Shown piece after piece: positions 1 through 15,753 of a stretch of DNA of 64,000 nt. The position numbers and the translations under genes were made by a program. The stretch lies in assembly GCF_009914755.1 (NCBI RefSeq), contig NC_060940.1; one strand, written 5' to 3'. Within the stretch, counting starts at the first letter, position 1. Each line of letters opens with the position of its first letter. This stretch comes from the human T2T-CHM13v2.0 reference genome, Homo sapiens. Below the pieces are notes generated by a model. It was not told the DNA's origin, did no database searches, and saw only the letters and a program-made list of their open reading frames with translations.

Positions 1-204
1 TCAGCCACAAACCTTCAATGGTTAGGAAAAAGAAGCTAACCCTTTATTTTCTCTTTAGATGTGTTGGTCCATTTGTTGTCAGTGTTTTGGTTCAGGTTGT
101 TTCCAGCTACCCAGATGACTACCTTTCATCATATTTGCAGAGTGTATTTAGTGTTTACATCAAGACCAACCTCTGGGATTACAAAATAATTTTATACCAC
201 TTTC

Positions 205-366
205 TATCTCTGGGTGATTGGAAGTGGCTATCTGCAGCAGGACTATGTGGATGATGATGAGGTCATAGGCAGGTTCGTGGAGAAAGAGTGCTATGATTGA
301 TTAATGATGTCTGCTGTGACCATGAGATAGGGGAATGCAGTATGTGTAAGGAATATTTGCTAACCG
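205..366. mobile_element. hAT-Charlie DNA transposon relic (MER117-like)
   Basis: 'gagtgctatgattgattaatgatgtctgc...atatttgctaacc' resembles the recalled MER117 consensus; highly diverged. Confidence 0.45.
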
Positions 367-469
367 TTTTAAATGAATGTTCTTTATGCTTTTAGCATTG
401 CTTTAAAATGGATAACAAAATTTATCATATATTTGCTAAATACACATTATACCTAAGTGTATAAATAAC

Positions 470-690
470 ATTTATACCTAAGTGTGAGGCACTTGAAAAA
501 CTCTTCTAGTCATTATTGCCTGTAATTCTTTCTTCACTCTTAGGGGTTAGGAATCATTTTTAATTCCTATTTTACAGATTCAGAAAGAGAGGTACATGTC
601 AGTGAAGTCCTTTGCTAAGGCTGTGTACCTACTAAGAATCAGATTTAATGTTTGAATCTCGGCTAAGTAATCCCAGGGAGCTTTCTATGG
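470..690 (-). mobile_element. MIR SINE fragment
   Basis: MIR core-like 'attcctattttacagattcagaaagagagg...agtgaagtcctttgctaaggctg'. Confidence 0.6.
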
Positions 691-1474
691 AGGTAAGGAA
701 GAGGATCAGGTTCACAAATGCAGAAATAAGTGAGTTTTTCTAGTGAGGGTTTCTGTCCTTCATTTGAGCAGCTTCCTTTATGACTCATCTTTCTAGAATC
801 TTGCAAGAATACAAACCAACATTTATAGAGGTGATTTCAGCACAAGCACTGGATGTTTAGAAGTTTCTAGTCAGTCCTAAAGTGAGAAGACAGAACACGT
901 TCAATTGATTTCCATTTGCAGTGCCCAGAATGAGAAAGGTGATGTTTATTCTCCCTGGTAAACACACTCAAAGGTTTTGGGGTTACCCAAGTTGAGCTTT
1001 CCAGGCAATGAACCACTAAAAATATATTTGTTCCCAGAACACAGCCAGCTAGTAAGGTTTTCCCACTGGGGCTGACATTTACTGTAACAAGAGCCTGTTT
1101 CCTTCTCTCAGAGCTGCAGCCAGCTCCTCACAAGGGAGTTGGTGTCTTGCCAGAGAAACCCCTCTAAGCTCCAAGAGACGTGCCAGGGAAGCCAGTGCTT
1201 TTCCCTTTAGCTGAATGTGCCAATAATGGCAGAATGATGTCTGCTTTTTAAAGTGACAAGTTAAAATATTATCTACAATTTATCTGTCCACTCATCCATC
1301 ATCTACTTATATTTCCTCTCTCTCCATATGTATATATATGTATACACACATACATGCACACATATGTATGTATATATCTATTTGGCGAAATGAATATATT
1401 TGCTCATTTAATATCACAGTAATTCTATAAATATAATTTAGCAAATTTTATGATGCTCCATTGTGCAGGTTCTA

Positions 1475-1867
<393 letters not shown>

Positions 1868-2706
1868 TCATCTTTTGTTGTTAAAGAATTATAGACTTCA
1901 AAGCTGGAGAAGCAGTGTGGGGTATTCCCTGGTCCTCCTTCCAAATGCATGTTGAAATGAAGACATGTGGGTTTTCTTCCCGTTTTGGCCATCACCTGAC
2001 CTAATGACCTTGGGCCAGTCACCTGGCATCTCCACGATCCTGTTACATTGCATATAAATGCAGACTTCTTTGTATGATGTCTAAGGTCACAGAGCAGGTA
2101 TTATGCCCATCTTGTTTATCTGCCAAGCACAGTAGGGCACCCATAAGTAATTCCTAAGTTACTGAATGCATCTGCAGCTCAACACTTTTGACATTTTTTT
2201 TTCTCATTTTAATATTGGCCAACTGAGATTTGAAAAGGTTTTGACTTGCCTGAGTTAAAGCAGGGGGAGTCTACTGGCCAATTTCTTTTGACTATTACCT
2301 TGTTTGATTTGGACGAAGGGGCAGGGGGTTGTATAAACGTCACTGTGGAGAGCCCTTGTCCCCTGGTGATGAGTAACCTTATCAATCCAGAGCAAAGAGG
2401 CATGTGAGGAGATTTTGCTTTGGAAAATGGCACACAGTTAAGGAAATTTCATCAATGTGTATGAAGCGGCTGGTCTGGTGACGTTTTGCTTTGCAAGTGG
2501 GTGACTGACATCCTTCACCCTCTGATCTGCCCATTCTCTCCTTTGGTCCTTCTGTTCCCGTTAGCACTCCCTTTAACATCAGTCTCTCTCCCTCTTCTTC
2601 CACCTAGAATCTCAATAAGCTCTTTCATCATCTCAGTTTCTACAGAGCAGAATAAGCTGAGGACTTTTTTTTCAAGTTTTATTTATGTGTTTTTCTGTTT
2701 TTTTAA

Positions 2707-3548
<842 letters not shown>

Positions 3549-4259
3549 GAAATGATATGTGTCTTTTGCAAAAATCCAAACCAGAAAAGAGTAAAATTTA
3601 TATACTATGTGTGAAAAGCCCCCTCTAAATCCTCTTGTCTAGAGAAAACCACTTTTAATAACGTGTAATTTCTTTTCTGTGTATACACACACACAAATAC
3701 AAACACACACAATGACATTTCAAAATCGTGTGCACATCACATTTCTATTCAGTTTTCCCCTACCTCATGGCTGTATAGAAGTCTGTTGTTAAGGTGGTAT
3801 TATAATTTAATCAAAAATCCACCTTCTGATCAACTAAGTTGTTCTCAACCTTTTGCTTTTAAAAACATTGCTGTTGTACTTCTTTGTAGACATTGTCAGG
3901 TAACTGCAGGAGAGGCAATAAATTTTAAATGGATAAGAGAATGAATTGTTTGCTTCTTGAATTAATGCTTTGAATCATCAACTGGAATAGGATATGGAGT
4001 TGGCAGCGTGTATCACAGTAACCTCTCCCTGAATTTGGAGCCCTATAAAACAAGTTGTGATAATTTCAGTCATTTCAGAAAAGCTTCTGGGTCATAAAGG
4101 AGAGCTACTATTCCAAATTCCCACCTTTGTCTTTGGTAGCCAAGGATGCAATCCTGTCAGTAGTCATCCATTTTCGCAGGTATCTGCTGGGTCCCTACTT
4201 GTGTTGAATATCATGTCAAAAACTGAGCAGGAAGGGATTAGCAAGACAGTCTCTATCTC

Positions 4260-4392
4260 TGCCACAGGTGTGACATGCAGTCGTGAGGTTGTGCATTGCT
4301 CCAAGATGCCTAAGCAAGGGGGCAGAGAGGGTGACACACCTTGCTCACAAGCCATGCACCCTGGAATGGGCTGTGCCCACCCAGGGTGAAAA
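4260..4392. mobile_element. possible MER91-like hAT relic
   Basis: 'caagccatgcaccctggaatgggctgtgcccaccca' resembles MER91; weak match. Confidence 0.3.
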
Positions 4393-4435
4393 AATGGACT
4401 TAATGGCTACTAGAGGCCCAGATCATAACTCTTCT

Positions 4436-4436
<1 letters not shown>

Positions 4437-4475
<39 letters not shown>

Positions 4476-4501
4476 TAATAATCATTATTATTATTATTAT
4501 T
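4437..4501. repeat. (AAT)n/(ATT)n fold-back microsatellite
   Basis: 21-bp perfect inverted repeat 4456-4476/4481-4501. Confidence 0.9.
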
Positions 4502-4791
4502 TTACTATTTGAGATGGAGTTTCGCTCTTGTTCCCCAGGCTGGAGTGCAATGGCATGATCTCGGCTCACCGCACCCTCCACCTCCTGGAATCAAGCCATT
4601 CACCTGCCTCAGCCTCCTGAGTAGCTGGGATTACGGGCATGCACCACCACGCCCGGCTAATTTTGTATTTTTAGTAGAGATGAAGTTTCTCCACGTTGGT
4701 CAGGCTGGTCTCAAACTCCCGATCTCAGGTGATCTGCCTGCCTCAGCCTTCCAAAGTGTTGGGATTAGAAGTGAGAGTCACTGTGCCTAGC
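4483..4791 (-). mobile_element. AluS (Sp/Sq-like) SINE
   Basis: 'gagatggagtttcgctcttgttccccaggctggagtgcaatggc' antisense Alu. Confidence 0.95.
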
Positions 4792-4947
4792 TCCTCTCCT
4801 GGAATGATTAGATTTAACTTTGTTCTCCAATTCTTAGACCTGTGACTCTGAATAGGGTGGGGATGTTCATCTTGATTTGCCTTCTGCTAGACCAGGAATG
4901 AAGAGATGGATGATATTACTCCTTTTGATGTTTTTATTCTTGAATAG

Positions 4948-5496
<549 letters not shown>

Positions 5497-6046
5497 TAGA
5501 GGAGTCCATGAATAACTGTGATTCAGAGGGGAGGGGGAATATGAAAGAGAAGAACAGGGTGGGTAGGAAGATCAGAGGTTGGAGAAGAAGGAACAGGATG
5601 GCCTCAAAGAAGCCTAGAGCTGAGGTGGCCAGAGCATGGTTAAGGACAGCCTCGTCATCGGTTATGGGCTGTGTGCCTTGTTGTTGTCATGGACTGGCCC
5701 TCCTTCGACACCCCTGAGCAGTCTGGTGAGGAAGGGGTGAGTGTAAACCATCTTTGCCCCAGTCTGCTGTCAGCCGATGCACTAGGATGACTCTAACCGG
5801 CATGTCAAGGCAGACTTCAGCAACATCCTTGGATGAGTGCGCACTGGGTGGATACAGGACAGACAGCCAAAGGAGTGCTGCTCCAACCCATGCGGCATCT
5901 CTCCCAGGTTGTGAAACAACTCGGGGGTGGTGCAGGATCCACGCTGGGGACTGCACAGACACAGCCACCAGTAGCCTTGCTCTCATTTGAGTTTTTCTTT
6001 CTTTACTGATGACATCAGAGAGAAAGCCCCAGATTGCTGCATTGGT

Positions 6047-6351
6047 GTTCTTTTTTTTTTTTTTTTTTTTTTTTGACAGTTTCTTTCTGTCGCCCAGGTT
6101 GGAGTGCAGTGGTGTGATCTCAGCTCGCTGCAACCTCCGTCCCCTGGGTTCAAGCGATTCTCCTGCCTCAGCCTCCTGAGTAGCTGAGACTACAGGTGCC
6201 TGTCATCATACCTGGCTAATTTTTGTGTTTTTAGTAGAGAAGGGATTTCTCCGTGTTGGCCAGGCTGGTCTCAGACTCCTGACCTTAAGTGATCTGCCAG
6301 CTTCTGCCTACCAAAGTGCTGGGATTACAGGTGTGAGCCACCACACCTGGC
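6047..6351 (-). mobile_element. AluS SINE
   Basis: Poly-T followed by full antisense Alu. Confidence 0.95.
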
Positions 6352-6735
6352 TGAAAATAGGATTTTTACGGATGTCACTCATTAAGGATCTCTAGGTGAA
6401 ATCATCCTGGACTTAGAGTGGACCCTAAGTCCAGTGGCTGGTGTTTCAATAAGAGAAATAGAGGGAGATTTGAAAACACAGAGACTCAGAGGAGAAGGCC
6501 ACGTGAAGACCAAACTAGAGCTAAGAGTGATGCAGCCACAAGCCAAGGATGCCAGGACCACCAGAAACTGGAAGGAACAAGAAAGACCCTCCCATGCAGT
6601 CTTTGGAGGGAGTGCGACCCCGCCAGTACCTTGCTTTAGGATTTCTGGCCTCCAGAACTGACAGAGAATACATTTCTTTTGTTTCAAGCCACAGTTTTTG
6701 ATAAGTTGTTACTGCAGCCCTAGGAAACTAATTCA
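6352..6735 (+). mobile_element. MaLR solo LTR fragment (MLT1B/C-like)
   Basis: 'gcagccacaagccaaggatgcc...ctggcctccagaactg...gcagccctaggaaactaattca' MLT1 3' end. Confidence 0.85.
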
Positions 6736-6738
6736 CTA

Positions 6739-6955
6739 GAGGGCTGCAAACTAAGGCCTGAGAGCCAAATCCAGCCTGACACCTGTTTTTGTAGATTTTA
6801 TTGACAGAAACACAGCCTTATTCATTTACGTATTGTCTATGGCTGCTTTCACTCTGCAAGGGCAGAGTTGAATAACTGCGACAAAAACCATCTGGCCTGC
6901 AAAGCCTAAAATATTTACTATCTGGCCCTCTGCAGAAAAAAGTGTGCCAACCGCT
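6739..6955 (+). mobile_element. MER58A hAT MITE
   Basis: 'gccaaatccagcctg...aaagcctaaaatatttactatctggccctctgcagaaaa'. Confidence 0.85.
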
Positions 6956-8391
6956 CTTCTAGGGAGGTGTTTAATTTATGTGCTTGTCTGGGGATGCTGC
7001 GGGGTAGGGGATGTTTGTAGTGAGAGTCTGTCTTTAACAGCGCAGAACCACACAAGGTAAGGATTTTTTTTAAACTTACATTTCAATTTTTATGAAGCAG
7101 GTTTTTTCCTCCTTAGAGGAAAAACATGAAATGTTCCAGAATAGTTGACAGCATTAGCTACATTTAAAAGATTCAAGGAAGCAAAATGGTTTTCCATCTG
7201 TTGAATCAGTCAGCATTAAAGTTCACTTATCAATGACGGCTTTTCTATGAGCAGCAGCTTTGTATTAAAATGGCTAATGGGAATGTGGTTCCCCTAGCAA
7301 GCTTTGGTTTGATCTAGAATTTTTGGAGAGTCTGAGTGGGTTTTCTTCTTCTCAGCATGAAATGGACCAAGGTCTGTTTTGCAGCTGAGACATAAAGGAA
7401 GTGAAACCTTGTCTGATATGTGCTAGGGTGCACAGCCAGGTAGGAAATGGGAAAGAGTGTACCTCAAACCTCAACAGCCACATTGTCCACCAATTCTCAT
7501 TGCATGTGAATTCGTGAACCTCATTGGCGAGCTCAAAGAGGTGGCTATAGGAAACCTAATTATAAGCATCATTTGGCTCATACTGGTACAGAAAACCTTC
7601 AATTAAGTTGCAGAAAAATGGCCACACACAGAAGAAAGAAGTTAGAAGGGTTTTTCTGGTATTCTTGGTTTACATCTCAGTGGAAGCAATTTTTATGTCT
7701 TCTGCATATTTCACTGAGAAGCCTCCACCACTTCTAGCCATAACTTCCTTTCCTTCCTGTTACAAATTTTCTTCCTAGATTTACTCTTCAGTCCCTAAAA
7801 ATATCCATAACACATTATTTATTCACTCCATAATGTACACCATCCAAATACAACAATTTTGCCAATAAACTGTTATTCTAATGAATAATTCATGCAGTCT
7901 TCATTCTCCTGACATGAACAAATATACTTTCAAATAGGAGGAGTGTGCCTCTATTTTTGTCTTAACTCCATTTCTTAATGTCATATATATTTTTAAAGGT
8001 TTGTGATGTCCTTCCTTGGATGAACTCCATGGGGAATAATTCTGATACTCTAATTAAGAGCAATAAACTATAGCACAGAAATATAACTAGATTTATAGAC
8101 AGTGTTTGTTACAGTGACAGTGTAGTTTGCATGTGGAGGGAGGAAGTAGGCAAATCATTCAGTGTCTCAGGGCAGGAAAAATGTGAAGTTCTCACCTATT
8201 AAGAAGGCAACACCAATAATTGTTTCAAATTTTGACAATATTCATGGCCATAGTTTCCTCATATTTATATGAACAGGATGTGATGATAATGGTGACGATG
8301 AAAATCATAATAACATATTATTATGTGATGTAATGCTAAGAATTTTGAGTTTCTATGAGATACTAGCCATTTACTAAAAGCTTTGCATATA

Positions 8392-8623
8392 TCAGGGTTT
8401 CTGAATCTCAGCACTATGGGTATATTGGGTCAGATAATTACTTGTTATGGGCCAGGGGTTGGGGGATCCACTGTGCATTTGCACGATGTTTAACGGAATC
8501 CCTGACCTAGGGTATCTGCTAGATTCAGTAGCACCTGCCTCTTCAAGTTGTCACACTGAGAAATGTCTATAGACATGGCCTAATGTCCCCAGGAGGGTAA
8601 AATCCCCTTGTAGAAAAACAGTG
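8392..8623. mobile_element. MER20 hAT element nested in a MIR
   Basis: 'cagggtttctgaatctcagcact...aaatgtctatagacatggcctaatgtcccc'; MIR-like sequence on both flanks. Confidence 0.75.
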
Positions 8624-8856
8624 ATGTACATGATTAATTGCATCTTCAACACATTCCTACCAGGTAGGTGCATTATCAGTCCCATTTACCAGTGAAGAAA
8701 CAGAAATTCAGAGTGAATGACAGAACCAAATTTTGGTGCAGGGTTTACTACTACACCAATGTCAAGACTATTTTGTTGCATATGATGATACAGAGCATTA
8801 ATTCATCTGCCTTCTCCTCTTACATGGGTATTTTCACATTTTAAAAATGTATAATT

Positions 8857-9163
8857 GCAGGGTGCAGTGGCTCATGCCTGTAATCCCTGCACTTTGGCAG
8901 GCCAAAGCAGGCTGATCGCTTGAGTCCAGGAGTTCAAGACCTGCCCTGGCAACGTGGCAAGACCCTATCTCTACAAAAAAAATAAAAAAAATAGCTGGGC
9001 ATGGTGACACACGCCTGTGGTCCCAGCTACTTGGGAGGATCAGGTAGGAGGATCACTTGAGCCTGGGGAGGCAGAGGTTGCAGTGAACCAAGATTGTGCC
9101 AATGCACTCTAGCCTAGGTGATAGAGGAAGACCCTGTCTCAAAATAAATAAATAAATAAATAA
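8857..9163 (+). mobile_element. AluJ SINE
   Basis: Full Alu with J-type 'ggaggatcacttgagcctgggg' and (AATA)n tail. Confidence 0.93.
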
Positions 9164-9350
9164 GTGTTTGGTGTATGCATGCTGGGTAATTAATATATCT
9201 TATGTTTTGCACAGACAGAACTTCAAATTTCCAAAACCCCTTTTATAGAAACTGTAGCATGATGACCAGATTAATACTTTTTAAAACAATAGCAATAATA
9301 ACAGTAACAATTTATCCTCCTGCTCCTCACCACTGTTAATTGAGCACTCT

Positions 9351-9620
9351 GTTTTTAGAGATGGTGTCTTGCTCTGTCTTTCAGACTGGAGTGCAGTGGA
9401 GCAGTCACAGCTCACTGCCGCTTGAACTCCTGGGTGCAAGTGATCCTCTCACCTCAGCCTCCTGAGTAGCTGAGACTACAGGCACAGGTCACCACACCCA
9501 GCTAATTAAAATTCTTTTTTTTTTCCAAGATAGAGTCTTGGCGTGTTGCCCATATTGGTCTCAAATTCCTCAGCTCAAGTATGAGTAGATGGGATTGCAA
9601 GTGCGAGCCACCACTTCTGG
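9351..9620 (-). mobile_element. AluJo SINE with small internal deletion
   Basis: Antisense Alu; TSD taattgagcact/taatttagcact. Confidence 0.88.
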
Positions 9621-10299
9621 CTAATTTAGCACTTTCCATGTGAGAAACTAAAGGATTTGACTGGATCACCTGTTTAATTCTCACATCTTAGAGGTACCCA
9701 CTTTGGGTATCTTTTAGCCCTAAGCTGTATAATTCAGAGTTGTTTTGTTTTCTTTGGGTTTGGTTTCTGCTGTATCCTCACATACAGTGAAGTTTCCATA
9801 CACCTTGGTTGAATGAATGTCTTTATGAGCAGCTACAGTCTTAGGGAAAACATGTAGCTTATTAAGGTGGTGACAGAGCTTCCACTTAAATCCAGGAGAT
9901 CCCTTGCCCTTAAATCCTCTGCTGTCTGCTCTGCGCAGTTGAGGGTTTCATCAAAACGTCCAGCTCTGCTCTCAGCCATCTGGTTGGGTCTGTCTTTTAT
10001 GACTTTATTTGTATATCAGGTTTCCTTTTGCAGGTGATCCTAAAACACACACTCTCCCGTCTTGCTCCAGTCTGCTCACCCTCTGCCTCTCACCTGCGAT
10101 GTCTCCTTCATTTCCATTTGTCTGAATCTTATTTCTTGTTGGAGGTCCAGCTCCATCCCAGCTTTCTTCCCAAACCCTCTCCCTATGTCTTGGGCACTCT
10201 CAAGGCCTTACTTGCCACCATTGCCAGTCGGCAATTGGCGAGGAGCTGCACAAATCACAGGCACCCAGTACTAACTCCCAGGTCTAACCCTCCATGAAC

Positions 10300-10450
10300 T
10301 ATGCTCTTAGGAAAGCAGCTTAAAGTCCTTGAAACCCCAATTTCCTCATCCCTATGATGAGGACTGCAGTGTCATTGTACATCCCAATTTGCTATGAGGG
10401 TTCAGTGGGAAAATGCTTAGCTCAGCACTTGACACATAGTATTTTCTTGA
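10300..10450 (+). mobile_element. MIR fragment
   Basis: 'aaccccaatttcctcatccctatgatgaggac...cttagctcagcacttgacacatagt'. Confidence 0.6.
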
Positions 10451-13139
10451 TGAATTCCTGCCACCGCTAATGTCACTTTATCCCTGTTTTGTATGTTCCC
10501 TGGTTGCTTTATGTATGTGTGCTTTTGAACTAGATTGCAGGATTATAGAAAGAGATTTCTTTCAGTGTGAATCCTTAATGTGACACAAAATTCAGCACAA
10601 GGGGTAAAACTGTGGCCAAGAGGCCGCCTCAGTGTTTAGAATGTAATTTTCTCTCTTTATGTTCTGAACCGTGGTGTCTTTATCAATGACATGGAAGGGG
10701 CCATTTCCATTTACTTCACCATGCCAGAAGGGCCATTGCAAATGGATTTAGTTATAGGGTAAGCAATGAGCTTGTGTTTTCTGAACAGCTAAGCCTCAGA
10801 ACTGTAATAACTCATTATCAATCTGTCTCCATACTTCATCAAAGTTCCCAGGTGCTTTGAATTTTGGCTTGGCCATTGTCTTTTTTTAGCTATAAAATTT
10901 TGCTTATCGCATAGTTTAAAGTGGGATGATGACTGAGACACATCTCTGCTTATGAGTACCACTTAAGAGAGGATATATCCTCAGGTAGAACAATTTCCAG
11001 AGAGGAGATGTGGGCACGGGGTCTGTGCCTGCCCTGGAAGCTGTGTAGTGTAGTAGGAAGAATCCTACATTCACAGAGAGGCTGATTTTTGCTTCCAGTT
11101 TTGTCACAATTCACATGATATTGGGCAATTTAGAAAAAAATATTGATTTGCTTTAACGTTCTCATCTGTAAAATGAAACATCCCAATTAGATAAGTTATA
11201 AATGACCTTTCATTTTTAGAATTCTGCATCCTGGAATTAAAGTGCATTGGAATGAGCCAATAATTCCATATTTTCTTATATTACCTAAAATCCACATACT
11301 CTTCAATAAATTTACCACCATAGGGTTTTCAAACCCCATCAAAAAAACCACTTCTTTCATGTAAATGCCCAGCAGTTTATCTCTTTTTACTCCTCAGTAC
11401 CCTACACATCTTCCTAATAAAGTATATAATAAAAGTAAATCTTCCCACTAGTGTGTTTATAGTGTGAAATACATTGTTATTCCCACCATGGCAGTGGTGG
11501 ATAAAATATACATATTTCTCTGTCTCCCACAACCACCCTTTGATCCCCAGCCTTTTATCAGCAAATCCAAAGTGCTACCTTCTGCAAATTAGCACTACCT
11601 CCTGAGAAATTGTGCCAAGTTCCATTAAATGTAATTAGCATTCCTGTTGTTTCCTTCACCTTGGAGAAAAAAAAAAGAAAACTCTCTCTTACTTACTGGG
11701 AACACACATCATGCCAAGTTGTAGCAACAGAGGCAGCACAAGGCTGAAAGCAGGAGGCAGAGGGGGATCTTGACACACAATGATGAGTTCACCTACATGG
11801 GGGCTCAGGTGGCAGACACAGAGGTGTCAGTCTTGGCTTTTAAAAGTAAAAGTTGGCTTCCCAATGTAGAGTTAAACAGATGGCAGAGTGCCTTCTGAAG
11901 TGAGGGTTTAGAGAACATGGGGAGATGGTTATCTGCCTCAATTTGAAACTGACCTGCCATGAGATTCCCAAGGAAGAGACTTGAATATCCTAGAGCAGTT
12001 AACTACAAAACTAAAATTTGCCCCCTCAGTATGGTTTTCGTGTAAAAGAATTGCAAAACAAAGAAAAACTACCACGTATGTATTTTCCCTAGAATTTCCT
12101 GGTAGAAATAAGATATTAGTACCCAACAAGTAGAAAAGAATATGAGTTCAGAAGAAAGACTAGGGTTTAGTATCAGACATACTTTTTGATTATTCATATT
12201 TCATAAAATCTTATTTTCTTGACTTATAACAAAAATCATACAACTGTTTTATTATTAACGTAAAATTAAAGAAAAACATCACTACTTTTCTCCTCCCCCT
12301 TTTATTTCAAATTACGCCACTGACTACGAAAACCTGGTCAAATCCAACGTGCATTTAGAAACCATAATTTGAAGAAACTAATAGCTGGAGCTCAGTGCCA
12401 CCATCCACAACAGATGTCCTTCCAAACTCCATTCACTGTCATGCTATAAAACAGAATTCAGAAACAACAGGGTATACGTATATATCTGTGCATTCAGTGA
12501 CTCTGAAAGGGAGGCACTGGTTTCGAATGTTTTGTGTGAACACGAGTTCCATTTGACACTTTTTTTTTTCTCTCAGAAGTCATTTTGTCTCATTCCTTGC
12601 TTACTTCATTGTATTTCAGCATTTGTCATCTCAATTACAGTAGTGCATACTACTTTTACACTTCAACTGCAATATTCAGAAACACCAGGGAAAGAGCAGT
12701 AAAGATATTAGGAGGTGGTAATTAAGACTGAGAATGGCTCCAGAAGGGTGGAAACACATTTAGGATGTTTTTTATTTTAATCATCTGTAAAGAAACTAAT
12801 TCCATAGGCCCATCTACAGTTAAGTTCCACTTGCAGCACAAAGCATCATAAATTGAATAGTAATATTCTTTATCCCAATGTCATACAACTGTTGTCCTAT
12901 AATACTGTGACGTTGAATCATAAGACACACGTTAAATAACCTATTATGCTCAGTGGTTTCTCTGACAGTTGAGGATGAGACCAAAACGTATCCCACCCTG
13001 GGTGACGCAGAGAAACGAAATGAAAGACAAACCATTTGGTCTTCCAAGAAAGAGTTCAGTCAATCACAGTGAACTGGTTGGAGTATATTCATTAAACAAA
13101 TATTTATTGAGCATCTGCTTTGTGTTAAATGCTGAATGG

Positions 13140-14087
<948 letters not shown>

Positions 14088-14374
14088 GTGCATGATCTTT
14101 ATGTTTGTTTATTTTTTATTTTTAATTCTGGGGTACATGTGCAGGATGTGCACGTTTGTTACATAGGTAAATGTATGTCTTGGTGGTTTGCTGCACCTAT
14201 CAACCCATCACCTCGGTATTAAGCCCAGCATGCATTAGCTCTTTTTCCTAATGCTCTTCCTCCTATCCACCCCAGCCCCCAATAGGCCCCAGTGTGTGTT
14301 GTTCCTCTCCCTGTGCCCATGTATTTTCATTTTTCAGCTCCCACTTATAAGTGAGAACAAAGTGCATGATCTTT
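14088..14374 (-). mobile_element. 5'-truncated L1PA 3'UTR insertion with 13-bp TSD
   Basis: L1PA 3'UTR; identical TSD gtgcatgatcttt at 14088-14100 and 14362-14374. Confidence 0.92.
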
Positions 14375-15199
14375 CAATGAAATAACCTTCTTCGCCTGTG
14401 AAATGGGTCTCAGTGAATCTTGAGGAATCTTACATTACTACCTATAATTTCCTTTCCCTTATAAGTCAGCAAAGGCATGGGCAGGGGCCTGAAGTGGGAG
14501 AAAGAGCTCCTCCCCCTTTAACGTGGATTCAGAAATGTGTGACAGGGAGCTGAGACTTTCGCTGCCTGGTCATACTCATTGAGCCTATGGGCTGGTTGTG
14601 TGAACATGCCACAGGTAGGCACATAGGGCTCATAGGCAAAGGATCCCATTTGTGCATAAGGCACACTTTGAAAGGTAGGGTTTGGATCCATTATCTCACC
14701 CCAACAGCTGTGTGCCTCCAGTGTGCAGCTTGAAAGCCACGTGTTACCCTGTCAGTTCAAGCTTCCCGAGGTTACCTCTTCCAGCCACGCAGTAGTTGGT
14801 ATTATTTCTTTCATTTTTTTGATAAAATGTCTTCCTCTCTCCTTCTCAGAGTAAAGCAAGTCTCTGCACATGTTTCTCAGCTGGGTTGCAGTAATCTAGG
14901 AAAAGGTCACTCTTTAGAGGAGTTGAAAGGACTCCAGGTTCTTATATTAGCCCTCTGAGCATATAAAGGCCCAAAGAAACAGACACCAATTCCTCTGCTG
15001 CACAGACTTTTAAACCTGGAAAGCTGTAAATGCAGAAACTTAAGTATCTGGGAGGTGCGTGCTTAGCAGCCATCCGATGTGAGTGTCAGTTCATTTTGAC
15101 ATGTAACCAAGATGGACCTCAGCCAATAGCAGTCTCCACTCACAGACCGCTGGTGTGGTTAGGAGCATGTACTTTTAATCAAATTTTTTTTATTGGAAT

Positions 15200-15355
15200 C
15201 CCGGTGCTACATGCTAGGTGTGTGATTTTGGACAGGCTCCTTAACTGTGTTAGCTTTGGTTAATGAAACTGTAAAATGAGATTAATAATAATTCTTGGTT
15301 CTTAAAATCATGGATAGGATTACATGAGATAATGCATGTAAGTGCTTAGCACCAT
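15200..15355 (+). mobile_element. MIR fragment
   Basis: 'ctgtaaaatgagattaataata...attacatgagataatgcatgtaagtgcttagcac'. Confidence 0.7.
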
Positions 15356-15540
15356 TTTGCATTTCTTTAGCTTTTATCGTTTTTATGTTATATTTGATTT
15401 TACATCTTTGGCACTGGGAAGAATGCCTGGCATATAGAGTGTACTTTGTGACTATAATTTGACCACACACAGTTAAGATATTCATTTATATAATAGATAT
15501 GTACAAGGTATCTATTATGTGTACGAGGTATCTATTATGT

Positions 15541-15753
15541 CAGTAAACTATACCTCTCGGGAAAAATCCAGCTCTCCTCTTGTTTTTGTAAATACAGTTA
15601 TAGTGGAACACAGCCACACCCCTTCATTTGCATATCGATTATGGCTGTGTTTGTGCTACAACGACACAGATGATTAGTGACAGAAACTATATGGGTGGCA
15701 AAGCCTGAAATATTTAATGTTTGCCCCTTTACTGGAAAAGGTTTCCGATCCTT
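15541..15753 (+). mobile_element. MER58A hAT MITE within an L2 relic
   Basis: 'gtggaacacagccacacc...aaagcctgaaatatttaatgtttgcccctttac'. Confidence 0.8.

Noticed and set aside
10021-10297. Acceptor-like 'tttccttttgcag|gtg' with ORF
   Set aside because: No convincing donor; downstream sequence looks L2/MIR-derived
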